Origin: an uncultured Elusimicrobia bacterium
GTDB lineage: Bacteria > Elusimicrobiota > Elusimicrobia > Elusimicrobiales > UBA9959
DNA: 64,000 bases
Assembly: GCA_903917735.1 (NCBI GenBank)
Contig: CAIXBR010000093.1
Location: 936 to 64,935 of the forward strand
Direction: 5' to 3'
The translations under genes and the position numbers were made by a program. Under the pieces are notes generated by a model. That model saw only the letters and a list, made by a program, of their open reading frames with translations. It had not been told where the DNA came from and did not search any database. Shown in pieces: positions 8,734-18,903 of the stretch; within the stretch, counting starts at the first letter, position 1; each line of letters opens with the position of its first letter.

Positions 8734-9798
8734 CTACTGGTTCTCAAAATACGAAGTTATGCCCTGGCTGACCTGCGCCCCTATCTTCTGGCCCAGCGTG
8801 GTCTCGGCCTTAGCCCTGGCCTCGGCGTCGGTGGAAGAGGCCTCTTTGGTTGTGGCCGCGAAATCGAGGAAGATCTTTGAAGTTTTAACGTCCTTCATGG
8901 CCACGGTAGCCGAACCGCGGGACCATTTCCAGCGGGACTGCGGGTCGGAATCGGGCACGGACGCGAATTCCGCTGTGCACTCCACCAGAATATCCGCGGT
9001 CACGCCTCCGGTTTTGGCGTCTATCCCCATGGTATTCAGAGTTTTAACGAGAGCCGCCTGAACGCGGGAGGAAACTTCTCCGGGCATTACCACGGCCACT
9101 TCCAGGCTGGTCAGCGCTTTTTGCACCGCATCCCTGGCCCCGTTCACATCGAAGCCGGCCTTAGTCCCGGCGGACGGGTCCAGCACCCGCATGTCCGCCT
9201 GCAGCTTCTCCCTTCCTTTCAGCAAAGCGTTCAGCTTCATGGCGTTCTTTATCTTGGCCAGCTTTTCCGTTTCCGCGGAAAGCCCGGCGGCCAGGGGGCG
9301 GGCCTGCGTATCTATATCATCCAGCTTACCGCTTATAGCGGCCATAGCGCTGGAGCGGTCCAGGACGGCCAGGGCGTAGTACTGACCGGTGGCCTTGTCC
9401 AGCCAGGTACGGGCTATCTCTGTGCCTTCCAGCACCTTTTGAGACGTTGAGCGCACCGCCTGCACCACGTCCTGAGAATACGAAGATACGTTCTTCCCCT
9501 GCTGCGAAGAATTCTGCTCGGAAGAATTGACCATGGTGTTCATGGTGACCTGCGTGGAGAAGATCCGCGAGATCTCGCCGCGCGACCGCTCCATGGCTGA
9601 GGCCTGGTCGTCGGCTACGCCTATGCCGGTCAGAAAACGCGAGCGCGGGTAATCCGCGCCGTTACCGTCCACCCAGTCGGGCCGGGGGCCTTGCGAAGTG
9701 CGGACCGCGCCGGGGACGGCCACGGCTTTTTTAGCCGGCTGAGAGGCGCAGGCGCAGACCAGCAGGGCGCAGAGCGCCGGAATGATGATTTTAGTCAT
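8734..9798 (-). CDS. LPP20 family lipoprotein
   Basis: Lipobox-like LVCAC, RPDWV, GIG..A..R.EISRIF LPP20 pattern. Confidence 0.75.
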   Translation of the reverse strand: MTKIIIPALCALLVCACASQPAKKAVAVPGAVRTSQGPRPDWVDGNGADYPRSRFLTGIGVADDQASAMERSRGEISRIFSTQVTMNTMVNSSEQNSSQQGKNVSSYSQDVVQAVRSTSQKVLEGTEIARTWLDKATGQYYALAVLDRSSAMAAISGKLDDIDTQARPLAAGLSAETEKLAKIKNAMKLNALLKGREKLQADMRVLDPSAGTKAGFDVNGARDAVQKALTSLEVAVVMPGEVSSRVQAALVKTLNTMGIDAKTGGVTADILVECTAEFASVPDSDPQSRWKWSRGSATVAMKDVKTSKIFLDFAATTKEASSTDAEARAKAETTLGQKIGAQVSQGITSYFENQ

Positions 9799-9815
9799 AG
9801 CTTTCTCTCCTCACG

Positions 9816-11150
9816 CTAGCGGGCGGTGCGGTAATGCAGATAAGTCCGCCTGCCTTTTTGCACTTCCACGTCTTTAAAGATATAGCCGCCTTCCGGCTCG
9901 CCGCCGCGGCCGTAGAACGTAACGGAAACATCGCGTTTCCCCGGTGGAACGGCCAGGCGTGCCATGCGTATCTGCGCGGGCAGGGTGGTCCAGCCGCGGG
10001 TATCGGCCACCTCGGTAGCCGCGGAGGTGGCGTTCGTCACTATCCTGGCCAGCAGGCCGAACCCCGCCCCCGCGCGTTTCTCTACTTCTTCGGAAGCGGA
10101 TCTTGCCAGGATGTATTTTATGGTGGCCCTGGCTATGGCGCGGAGTTTTACGGCGGAGTTCCTGTCTTCAAGGACCTTGCGGGCTATGGCCGAGACGTCC
10201 TCCATAAGCTGTGAGTCGGCCTGCGCGGGGCCATCGGCCAGGCGCGAGCCGGTTATATTATAGGGCGGCTGCACGTACTCCGGATAAGAAACCGTGATGG
10301 CGTTGCCGATAACCCCGGCCCTTAAAGCGTTCTGTACCCGTTCGGAGTCCGCGTCCTTCTCGCCGCTCTGGTTCACGGCCAGGACGGCTTCGTTCCAGGC
10401 CACCTGGAAAGTGCGCGACACCTTGATGGGGGCCACGCCGTCATAGTGCAGGAAGACTATCTCCCCCAGGCCTTCTGCCTCAAGGCCGGCATAGGCGGGA
10501 ACTTCGAACCGCGGCTTCGGGGTACCGTAATCGGAGGCGTACCAGCCATAGGCCTCGTCGGCGGCGTTATAGGCTATCCGGGCGTCGTCCTGCCTGCCGT
10601 CCTGTTCGAACAGCATGGCGCTCAAGTACTCGGCGAAAGCGCTGTCCTTGTAACCGCTTTTGCCCTCCATGAAATCGTGGAACCGGCCCAGGTAAGCCGT
10701 GACCTTCCTGGCTTCCACCAAGGCCTCGTCGCTTACTCCTAAGTAGAGATAGTTGAGCGCCCGGAAAACGTTCATAAGGGCGCGCTCGAAGACTTCCCCG
10801 GGATATTTAGTGGTATTGTCGTTAAGGAGGAAGGTGCCCGCCCGGCGGCTCACACTTTTGGTGAACAGCTCTTCCATCTGGCCTTCGGCGTTGGCGAAAC
10901 TGGCGTCGCTACCCCGGTACTCCCCCGAGTCATGCAGGACCATGCCGAGATCGAGGTAATACAGCACCGCGTTCTTCGCATTGTACTCGGTGGTCTTCGC
11001 TTTTTCTATCTCGGCCCGGGCACCGGCGTAGTTGGAGGCCGCCAGCATGGAGTCCAGGCCGCTGCGGTAGGAGCGCGACGGCCCGGCGCAGGCCGTGAGC
11101 AGCACGGCCGCGCCGGCTAAGCCGCAGCGCGCGAGTTTCCTGAATGTCAT
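9816..11150 (-). CDS. COG3014-like TPR lipoprotein
   Basis: Lipobox LTAC, YPGEVFE, ALVEAR, ADTRGWTTLP motif. Confidence 0.75.
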   Translation of the reverse strand: MTFRKLARCGLAGAAVLLTACAGPSRSYRSGLDSMLAASNYAGARAEIEKAKTTEYNAKNAVLYYLDLGMVLHDSGEYRGSDASFANAEGQMEELFTKSVSRRAGTFLLNDNTTKYPGEVFERALMNVFRALNYLYLGVSDEALVEARKVTAYLGRFHDFMEGKSGYKDSAFAEYLSAMLFEQDGRQDDARIAYNAADEAYGWYASDYGTPKPRFEVPAYAGLEAEGLGEIVFLHYDGVAPIKVSRTFQVAWNEAVLAVNQSGEKDADSERVQNALRAGVIGNAITVSYPEYVQPPYNITGSRLADGPAQADSQLMEDVSAIARKVLEDRNSAVKLRAIARATIKYILARSASEEVEKRAGAGFGLLARIVTNATSAATEVADTRGWTTLPAQIRMARLAVPPGKRDVSVTFYGRGGEPEGGYIFKDVEVQKGRRTYLHYRTAR

Positions 11151-11159
11151 GCCCGGCAG

Positions 11160-11759
11160 TTAGAAGGACGAGCCGGAGCGCTTTACGGATTTCTTTATCT
11201 TTTTCTGCCCGACCCAGGAGATCTGGTTGGTTTTCATATCGAGCAGCTTCATGTCGGTCTGGTAGAGGATCACGGACTTGCCGCCTTCCCTGTCCTCTAT
11301 CGTACTGATGGAGCCGCTCAGCATGAAGTCCGCGCCTGATTCCTGGCCGTGGGCTTTCTTGGTAGCTTCGGAAGCGTTGGTGTCCTGGTCCAGGCGCTCG
11401 TCGCGGACCGCGGCGCGCTCTTCCTTGGTGGCCACGAAAGTGACCTTGCCGGAGTTTATCAACGAGCGCTGGAGGTCTTCGACGAAAGCGCCGGTATTGA
11501 TGTGCTCGTTGCTCTCGTTCCTGACCACGCCCACTATAACGGTGGGCGCGTTCATGGATAGCCCCGAGGCGGAGGACAGCCACGGCTTGGAAAGGCAGTC
11601 GGCCACCAGCTCTTCCGCCGTGAGCCTGGAGTCGGTGTCGTTCCATTTGCCGCTGACATCCATTACCGCCGCGGTATCTACGCGTTTTACCTGGGTGCCG
11701 GAGCAGGCCGCCAGAAAAGGCAGGGCCAGAAGCGCGGCAAGTCCTAAATAAGTTTTCAT
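11160..11759 (-). CDS. lpoB: Penicillin-binding protein activator LpoB-like lipoprotein
   Basis: Lipobox LAAC, WNDTD, NESNEHI, GADFMLSGSI; start moved to MKTYLG. Confidence 0.75.
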   Translation of the reverse strand: MKTYLGLAALLALPFLAACSGTQVKRVDTAAVMDVSGKWNDTDSRLTAEELVADCLSKPWLSSASGLSMNAPTVIVGVVRNESNEHINTGAFVEDLQRSLINSGKVTFVATKEERAAVRDERLDQDTNASEATKKAHGQESGADFMLSGSISTIEDREGGKSVILYQTDMKLLDMKTNQISWVGQKKIKKSVKRSGSSF

Positions 11760-11796
11760 AAGGAACTTCTCCTGTATATTAATAGAAAGACCGCGC

Positions 11797-12381
11797 TTAA
11801 TGCCTGGCTTCTTCCGCGGCAAGGTCGTTAAAGGCCTTGTCGGCGTTGGCTTTCACATAGTCGCGCACTTTGGCGTCCAGTTCCTTGGCGCTGTCCAGCG
11901 TGCTCTTAACGGCGGCCAGATCCAGTTTTACAAGCGCGAAGGTGGAGCCGTCATTGGGATCGGTCCAATGGTCCACGGGAACGGCGCCGGAGAGGGTCAT
12001 CTGGGTGAAGCTTTTAAGCGTCTGGGTGACGTTCTGCTCTTCGCTGGAGCTCTTCATGTCCCCGGCCGTGGTGGAGGCCATATAGTCCTTATTGAGCTTG
12101 GCTATATATGTGCTGAAAACCTCGGCTATTTTGGCGCGGGCCCGGCTGTCGGACGTATCGGTCGCCAGGGCGCGGTTCCTGATACCGGTGGCTACGCCCA
12201 CGCCGTAAAAACTGCCGTCCTTAAAGGCGCCCGAGCCCTGTGTGACCCAGGCGGGTGAATTGGCTACCGGGGCGAAAGCCGCTGCGCCGGGTTTAACGTT
12301 CTTATTTCCGCCGCAGGCCGTCATTGCGAGGGCCGCGGAGAGGAAAACCAGATACTTAACGGTGGTGGACACTCTGTTCAT
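11797..12381 (-). CDS. LPP20 family lipoprotein
   Basis: Lipobox MTAC, PAWV, FYGVG, RARAKIA; GGAGG RBS. Confidence 0.75.
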   Translation of the reverse strand: MNRVSTTVKYLVFLSAALAMTACGGNKNVKPGAAAFAPVANSPAWVTQGSGAFKDGSFYGVGVATGIRNRALATDTSDSRARAKIAEVFSTYIAKLNKDYMASTTAGDMKSSSEEQNVTQTLKSFTQMTLSGAVPVDHWTDPNDGSTFALVKLDLAAVKSTLDSAKELDAKVRDYVKANADKAFNDLAAEEARH

Positions 12382-12486
12382 TTTACTGCCTCCTCAATAA
12401 TCGCTTCTATAACGTCTAAAATGAAAATACAATTTAAAGCCGGTATTGTCAAACGTGTCCGGCCTCCGGACGGGGTTTGCGGACGA

Positions 12487-13143
12487 CTATTCTTCAGCCG
12501 GATAACCTACCGTCTGGGCGAACAGGATCCGCTGCCGCGGGCGCAGACGCAGAGCCTGGGCAAGTTGCGGTTTTTGGCAATTGTGGAACCACGCTGCCAG
12601 CCCCTGCGAGGCCGCGAATAAAGAGACATTGCCGGCTATGAGGCCCGTATCCACATAATAATAAGATTTTTGTATTTCCGGGTCCTGCAGCCCGGGTTCC
12701 TGGAAACCGGAGGTATGGGACAGCTTGTGAATATCAACGACATAGATCAGTTGTACCGGAGCCGCGGCCCCGATATTTCCCTGGCCGCGGTTAAGCGCCA
12801 GGGCGCGCAGATCCCCCGCCGCCACGGGGATCAGCCTGTGAGGCAAAGCCTCGTACAGATAAACGCCATCCCGCAGGGCTACGTAAAGGTCTATCTCCTG
12901 CGAACTGCTGGCCGAGGCCGCAGTCCGGCCGGGGAGCCCGAACGGACCTTTTTTGCGGTTTACCCCCCACGCGGCCCAGAGGAGGCTCGAAAGCGTCTGC
13001 GGCGAGACGGCCCGACCGCCTATTTCGCGGATGGTCCTTCTCTGCTGTAAGGCTTTCAGCACGGTTTTGCCACGGCCAAGAGCGGGCTTCAGTAAACTGA
13101 TGGAGCGAAAGTCATGCGCGGGAACAGGGAATCGGTCTGTCAT
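12487..13143 (-). CDS. Nitroreductase family (SagB/ThcOx-like) protein
   Basis: ALQQRRTIR, LLWAAWG, GRTAASA, DTGLIAGNV, AQTVGYP. Confidence 0.8.
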   Translation of the reverse strand: MTDRFPVPAHDFRSISLLKPALGRGKTVLKALQQRRTIREIGGRAVSPQTLSSLLWAAWGVNRKKGPFGLPGRTAASASSSQEIDLYVALRDGVYLYEALPHRLIPVAAGDLRALALNRGQGNIGAAAPVQLIYVVDIHKLSHTSGFQEPGLQDPEIQKSYYYVDTGLIAGNVSLFAASQGLAAWFHNCQKPQLAQALRLRPRQRILFAQTVGYPAEE

Positions 13144-13179
13144 TAAAACTCCTTTAAAATATACGCCTGGCCGGCTTGG

Positions 13180-14916
13180 TCAGGCAGCCGTTCCGGGAGC
13201 CGGGCTTTTCAGCAGGTCTTTTATCTCGCCGGGGGTCTCAAGCATAAGCGCTTTTTGCGCGAGCTCCCGGCACCCGGAGAAGGACAGCGAGCGTATCGCC
13301 TGCAGGGTGGAAGGGATATGCGAAGCGTCCATGCTTAGCTCGTCCACGCCAAGGCCGATAAGCAGCGGCACAGCCAGGGTGTTATGCGCCAGTTCGCCGC
13401 AGACGGCGACGGATTTATTTTTTTTATGGGCGGAGTCCACCACCAGCTGCACCAACTGTATCACGCTGGGGGGCAGGAATATCCCGTAGCCCGAATAAGA
13501 GGAATCCTCCCGGTCTATCCCTAGGGTGTACTGCACAAGGTCGTTGGTCCCCACGCTGAAGAAATCCGACTCACGGGCCAGGGACCCGGCCATCAGGGCC
13601 GCCGACGGCACCTCTATCATTATGCCCACCGGCAGAGGCTTGCCGAGCTTGACCCCTTCCGCCTCAAGCTTGTCCCTGGTCATCTTTAGGAAAGCCTTGG
13701 CTTTGCGGAAAGTTTCCAGCCCCGGCACCATGGGGAACATTACGCTGACGTTGCCAGAGGCGCCCGCGCGCAATATTGCGCGCAGGTGTGTTTCGAAAAA
13801 TTCTTCGTGCGCCAGACAGTACCTTATGCCCCTGAGCCCGGAATAAGCGGAACGGTTGCCGGCTTCAATACCGGCTGGCGGCTGCTTATCCCCACCGAAG
13901 TCCACCGTGCGGATAACCACCTTGCGCGGAAAAAAAGCTTTTGCGACTTTATCGAACTCCCGGAACTGGTCTTCCTCGGTGGGCAGAGTTTCCCTGTGCA
14001 TGAACAGGAATTCCGACCTGAAGAGGCCGACCCCGTCGGCCGCATGAGGGTTGGAAGTGTCCAGGTTGCGGGTGGTCTCTATGTTCATCAGGAGATTTAT
14101 GCGGCGGCCATCCCTGGTCTCCGGAACCGCGTTCTCGGTACGGGCTTTGGCTGCGGCGGCTAGTTCCCGGTTGCGGAGCATGATGCTCACTTTCAGAACT
14201 TCAGGCGACGGGTTAACTATCAACTCCCCGGTGGCGCCGTTCAGCACGGCCTGGGCGCCGTTGCGCACCGCCGCCTCTATGCCCGGGATCCCCAGCACCA
14301 TCGGGATATTATAGGCGCGCGCCAGGATGGCGGCGTGGCCGGTAGGCCCGCCGGTCTCGACCGCGAAGCCCTTAATGTTGGCTGGATGGTCGGCCAGCGC
14401 GAAAGGGGTAAGTTGCCGCGCCACCACGATAACATCACCCTTGTCCTTCACTTCCTCAAGGCGGTGGGCGCCAAGCAACTCAATTACAAGCTGGCGGCCT
14501 ATATCGCGCGAGACCGTGAACCGTTCTTTGAGGTATTTGTTCTGCGCCTGCTTCTGTTGCTCCGATATTTTATTAAGGACCGTTTCCACGGCCACTTCGG
14601 CTTTTTTGCCGGTATAGATAAGGAGCTCTATTTCCTGGTTCAGCACCTGGTCCTTCAGGATAAGGGCGTGCACGTCCAGTATATTGCCTTTGCCGGGGCC
14701 GAGTTCCTTGAGAACATGGGCGGCGTCCTGCTTGAACCGTAGCCAGACCCTCTCCCTGGCCGCCCGGTAGCGGAGTATCTCCGCTTCCGGTTTATCCGGC
14801 GCCGCTTTCCGGCTTACCAGCGGGGCGAGGTCCTGCATAATGAATATACGCCCCACGGCGATGCCTTTGGAAGCGGGAACGCCCTTTAAAACCTTGCAGA
14901 CTAGGATATTATCCAT
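13180..14916 (-). CDS. ptsP: Phosphoenolpyruvate-protein phosphotransferase (PTS enzyme I)
   Basis: GGPTGHAAILAR phospho-His, GVGLFRSEF, DFGGDK, MIEVP, SVGTNDL, VCGE. Confidence 0.92.
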   Translation of the reverse strand: MDNILVCKVLKGVPASKGIAVGRIFIMQDLAPLVSRKAAPDKPEAEILRYRAARERVWLRFKQDAAHVLKELGPGKGNILDVHALILKDQVLNQEIELLIYTGKKAEVAVETVLNKISEQQKQAQNKYLKERFTVSRDIGRQLVIELLGAHRLEEVKDKGDVIVVARQLTPFALADHPANIKGFAVETGGPTGHAAILARAYNIPMVLGIPGIEAAVRNGAQAVLNGATGELIVNPSPEVLKVSIMLRNRELAAAAKARTENAVPETRDGRRINLLMNIETTRNLDTSNPHAADGVGLFRSEFLFMHRETLPTEEDQFREFDKVAKAFFPRKVVIRTVDFGGDKQPPAGIEAGNRSAYSGLRGIRYCLAHEEFFETHLRAILRAGASGNVSVMFPMVPGLETFRKAKAFLKMTRDKLEAEGVKLGKPLPVGIMIEVPSAALMAGSLARESDFFSVGTNDLVQYTLGIDREDSSYSGYGIFLPPSVIQLVQLVVDSAHKKNKSVAVCGELAHNTLAVPLLIGLGVDELSMDASHIPSTLQAIRSLSFSGCRELAQKALMLETPGEIKDLLKSPAPGTAA

Positions 14917-14928
14917 AACCTTGCACCT

Positions 14929-15333
14929 TTAATTTAATGCGCGCTCTCGGTTTCTGGACGCCAGGGCATCCTTCGTTATTTTAACCAGGTTCCTGGGCTC
15001 GAACGGCTTTTCCAGGAAGGCGAAAACATTGTCGGACAGGGCGAACAGGTCGCCCATCGGGTTATCTTTGCCCGTGAGGACGATGACGGGTATCTTATTG
15101 AGGCCGTCAGTTTCCCGGAGCTTGGACTGCAGTGTGTAGCCGTCCATCCCTGGCATCAGTGTGTCAAGGATGATGACGTCGGGGAGAGGCCTGCCGGAAT
15201 CGGTGGCGGTGAGCATGTTATAGGCCTCCAGCCCGTCGTACGCCTCCATGACCTCGAACTGTTCGCGCTCCATAATGACCTTTACCAGGTACACTATGGC
15301 TCTGTCGTCGTCTACTACCATTATTTTGGGCAT
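14929..15333 (-). CDS. Single-domain response regulator
   Basis: MVVDDD, IILDTLMPGMDG, LEKPF. Confidence 0.88.
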   Translation of the reverse strand: MPKIMVVDDDRAIVYLVKVIMEREQFEVMEAYDGLEAYNMLTATDSGRPLPDVIILDTLMPGMDGYTLQSKLRETDGLNKIPVIVLTGKDNPMGDLFALSDNVFAFLEKPFEPRNLVKITKDALASRNRERALN

Positions 15334-15498
15334 AGTATCTGCGGAAAATTTAAACCAGGCTATACCGCACCTGCAGCCCTTAAAAGTTCATCGCTACCGT
15401 TATGATACAAAAAAGCGGGAATAAGACCCTACCGGAGCATCAGCTTGGCCAATAGTGATATAATTTAATTTCCCGCTTAAACAACACGGAGATAATAT

Positions 15499-17187
15499 AT
15501 GTCTAAATACCTTATAACCAGCGCGCTGCCCTACGCCAACGGGCCCATACATTTCGGCCATATAGCCGGCGCCTATCTGCCGGCCGACATCTACAGCCGC
15601 TTCCTGCGCCAGAACGGCGAGGAGGTCCTCTACGTCTGCGGCACCGACGAATATGGCGTGGCCATAACCATAAACGCCGAGAAAGCCGGTATACCCTACC
15701 AGCAATATGTGGACAAGTACCACCTGGTGATAAAGGAGTTCTTCGACAAGCTGAATATCCGCTTCGACCATTTTTCCCGCACTACGATAGACGCGCATAA
15801 GCCCATAGCGCAGGAATTCTTTCTTACGCTGCACAAGAAGGGCTTCATTAAGGCCGCCGTGGAGCCGCAGTTCTACTGCACCTCGTGCAACCGCTTCCTG
15901 GCGGACCGCTACGTCTCGGGCTCCTGCCCTAAGTGCGGCGCCGACAACGTGCGCGGCGACGAGTGCACCAAGTGCGGCGAATGGCTGGAGCCGTCGAAAG
16001 TAGTCAACCCCACCTGCAAGGTCTGCGGCAAGAAGCCCGAGGTCAGAGAGACCACGCAGTATTTCATGGACCTCAAGGCCTTCGCCCCGCAGCTGAAGAC
16101 CTGGCTGGAGGCCAAGACAGACTGGAAGCCCAACGTTAAGAACAAGGCGCTGTCCCTGATAGAGGAAGGCCTGGTGCAGCGGTCCATAACCCGCGACATT
16201 TCCTGGGGCGTGCCGGTGCCGCTCGACGAGGCCAAAGGCAAAGTGCTCTATGTCTGGTTCGAAGCCCCGATAGGCTATATCTCGGCCACCATGGACTGGG
16301 CGCAGAAACAGGGCAAGCCCGAAGCCTGGAAGGACTGGTGGTTCGACAAGGAAACGAAGTTGGTGCATTTCATCGGCAAGGACAACATTATTTTCCACAC
16401 CATCATCTGGCCGGCCATGCTGATGGGGCAGGACAAGCCGTACATCCTGCCGGACAACGTGCCGGGCAACGAGTTCTACAACCTGCAGGGCAGACAGTTC
16501 TCCAAGTCCGACGGCTGGTACATCGACACCGAAGATTTCTTCACCAAGTACGGCGTTGACGCGCTGCGCTACGCCATAGCCTCCAACTCGCCGGAGACTT
16601 CGGACTCGCAGTTCACCTGGGAGGATTTCCAGGCCCGCAACAACGAACTGGCCGACACACTAGGCAACCTGGTGAACAGGTGCTTCTCGTTCATGAAGAA
16701 GAATTTCGACGGGAAGATACCGACGGCGGGCGAGCTTAAGGCCGAGGACAAGGCCCTGCTGGACAGCTTCGCCCCTGTGTTCGGCGAGGTCGGCAAGTCC
16801 TACAGCTCCTACCGGGTGCGCCAGGCGCTTACCCAGACGATGGCGCTGGCGATAACCGCCAACAAGTACGTTAACGACACTGCGCCCTGGGCCCTGCGCA
16901 AAACGGACCTGGCGCGCTGCGGCACCGTGCTTAACGTGGCCTCCAGGGCCATCATCAACTGCGCGATACTGCTTTACCCCGTGATACCGAACACCGCCCT
17001 GAAGATACTGGATAAGGCCGGCGTTCATACGGGCGGCAAGGCGCCGGCGTACAAGCCGTACGAGGGCAGCCTGGACAACATGGAGCTGGGTTCCGACACT
17101 ACGCTGCTGTTCGCGAAGATCCTGCCGGAACAGGTAGCGGCCGAGGTGGAAAAACTCAAGGCCCTGCACGAAACTGGCGCAAAATAA
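15499..17187 (+). CDS. metG: Methionine--tRNA ligase (no C-terminal tRNA-binding domain)
   Basis: TSALPYANGPIHFGH, zinc knuckles, YVWFEA, QFSKS. Confidence 0.97.
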   Translation: MSKYLITSALPYANGPIHFGHIAGAYLPADIYSRFLRQNGEEVLYVCGTDEYGVAITINAEKAGIPYQQYVDKYHLVIKEFFDKLNIRFDHFSRTTIDAHKPIAQEFFLTLHKKGFIKAAVEPQFYCTSCNRFLADRYVSGSCPKCGADNVRGDECTKCGEWLEPSKVVNPTCKVCGKKPEVRETTQYFMDLKAFAPQLKTWLEAKTDWKPNVKNKALSLIEEGLVQRSITRDISWGVPVPLDEAKGKVLYVWFEAPIGYISATMDWAQKQGKPEAWKDWWFDKETKLVHFIGKDNIIFHTIIWPAMLMGQDKPYILPDNVPGNEFYNLQGRQFSKSDGWYIDTEDFFTKYGVDALRYAIASNSPETSDSQFTWEDFQARNNELADTLGNLVNRCFSFMKKNFDGKIPTAGELKAEDKALLDSFAPVFGEVGKSYSSYRVRQALTQTMALAITANKYVNDTAPWALRKTDLARCGTVLNVASRAIINCAILLYPVIPNTALKILDKAGVHTGGKAPAYKPYEGSLDNMELGSDTTLLFAKILPEQVAAEVEKLKALHETGAK

Positions 17188-17217
17188 GAACGAGCCCGCT
17201 AAGGCCCGTCGGAACAG

Positions 17218-17239
17218 AAAACCCCTGACGGGGTTTTTT
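17218..17239 (+). terminator. Intrinsic terminator after metG
   Basis: AAAACCCC-tgac-GGGGTTTTTT. Confidence 0.75.
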
Positions 17240-17243
17240 GTTT

Positions 17244-18095
17244 TTATGTCCTGTTAGATGGGTGCCTGCGTCTTGAGGCGAGTTTAACCGGGGCTTTGCG
17301 GACTTTGCGCGCCGCGGTCCTGCGGGCTGAGGGGCTGGCTATGCGCTTGTGCGTGCGGTGGCGGCGCGCCGGGCGGCCCATCACCCAGTACCGGCTCCTG
17401 CCCACGTCCAAGTGTGTGAATCCCTTGTAGGGATAATAGCCGACGCCGCCTACCCCTATCTTCTGGCCGAATTTTTTTACCTTCAGTGAACTGTAGCCGG
17501 GGATCTTTACGTCCGCTGCCCAGCCGAGCATATGCAGACTGTGCTTTGCCGCGCCCGGTACATGGCTGTTCAGCACCGGCGTGCGGTAGCCGCTCAAAAG
17601 GATAAGGCCGTTACGGCCGAAGTGATCTTCCACGGCGTCCAGCAGCTCCACCAGCTTTATGGACATGTCCGTTTCTTCACCGTTGAGGCTGCAGCGCATT
17701 ATATGATTCAGCTTCGCCAGTTCCTCGGGGTTGTAGGAACCATCCTTGTTGCGGTAATGGGCGTTGACCCTTTCACCGGTGTCCTGCCGGGTCAAGGTCA
17801 GGCTGCCGTTGCCGCCGAGGTTTACCGCTTCCGGGGCGTGGGCCAGGGCGCTGCTGATGAATATGTCGGCTTCGCTTTCCTCGCCTTCTTCCACGTCCAC
17901 GACTTCCTGCTCGGTGATCTTCCCGATGGCGCTGGAGAGGGTTACCGAATAATCGGGGATGGAGGCCAGCTGCTCAAGCATTGAGGTGGTGCTGATCTGT
18001 ATATTAGCGGAGGCGAGGGTAAGCAGCTGCGCGGACGCGCGGGAGCCCGTCAAAAACATAATAGAACAAAATAATATTAAGGCGGCCCTTCTCAT
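17244..18095 (-). CDS. YcbK/DUF882 peptidase M15 family protein
   Basis: Signal peptide, SGYRTP, SLHMLGWAADV, GVGYYP, FTHLDVG; basic C-terminal tail. Confidence 0.85.
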   Translation of the reverse strand: MRRAALILFCSIMFLTGSRASAQLLTLASANIQISTTSMLEQLASIPDYSVTLSSAIGKITEQEVVDVEEGEESEADIFISSALAHAPEAVNLGGNGSLTLTRQDTGERVNAHYRNKDGSYNPEELAKLNHIMRCSLNGEETDMSIKLVELLDAVEDHFGRNGLILLSGYRTPVLNSHVPGAAKHSLHMLGWAADVKIPGYSSLKVKKFGQKIGVGGVGYYPYKGFTHLDVGRSRYWVMGRPARRHRTHKRIASPSARRTAARKVRKAPVKLASRRRHPSNRT

Positions 18096-18137
18096 CTGAA
18101 CGGATATTCTACCAAAACCGGCATGACTTTTGTCAAC

Positions 18138-18176
18138 TATTTACAGCCCGTATTTACAGCCCGTATTTACAGCCCG
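18138..18176. repeat. 3 x 13-bp perfect tandem repeat covering the transporter stop codon
   Basis: TATTTACAGCCCG at 18138, 18151 and 18164. Confidence 0.95.
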
Positions 18177-18811
18177 GCCTTTACGGCCACCCCGCAGGCG
18201 AAGACGGCGAAGCCGGCCAAGGCGTGGGGATAGCGCTCCATTCTTTCAGCGGGGAACAGCCGGATGCCGCCAAGCAGCAGGAAAACCGAGGCCATCATGG
18301 TGACGAGCGTGACCAGGGAGAAGACCGCGGCCACAGCAAGGGCCGGGGGCATGCCGCCCTTAAGGTCCGCGTAGACAAGCAGCGGGATAAGCGGTTCGCA
18401 AGGACCCAGGATGAAGATGATGAACAGCGCCCAGGGGGTTACCGAAGCGTGTTCACCGTGAGGGTGCGCATGCTCCGGGGCGCCATGGGAGTGGGTATGA
18501 GAATGCTTTTCGCCTTTGACCGCCTTTTTAATTCCCCAAAGCATATAGGCTAGGCCAAACCCCAGCAGCAGCCAGCCGGCGGCGCCCCCGCGCAGCCCCT
18601 CGAACCATTGCAGACTGGCGACGGCGCTGCCCATGGCTATGCCGGCCAGGCCTATCAGCACTGAACTGCCCACATGCCCCAAGCCGCACAGCAGGGTAAT
18701 CATAGCCGTCCTGGTTTTGAACCAGCTCCGCGCTTTCGCCAGCGCGACGAAAGGTATATAGTGGTCCGGACCGAAAACCGTGTGGATGAAGGCGACGGAA
18801 GCCGCGGTAAT
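18167..18811 (-). pseudogene. 5'-truncated nickel/cobalt transporter (NiCoT/UreH-like)
   Basis: Frame reads ITAASVAFIHTVFGPDHYIPF...CGLGHV...His-rich loop...LGPCEPLIP, but has no canonical start codon before the HxxxxDH-type motif and an in-frame TAG lies just upstream. Confidence 0.75.
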
Positions 18812-18902
18812 TGGAATAGCCTTCGGCCCCTATAAAAACGTCGAACTTCCGGAGGAGCTCTCCCTCCAGCGAAACGCCGAACCTGACGAGTTTGTTTTTC
18901 AT
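18810..18902 (-). pseudogene. nikR: NikR N-terminal fragment (31 codons of the ribbon-helix-helix)
   Basis: MKNKLVRFGVSLEGELLRKFDVFIGAEGYSN, then similarity stops where RSEAIRD is expected. Confidence 0.8.
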
Positions 18903-18903
18903 T

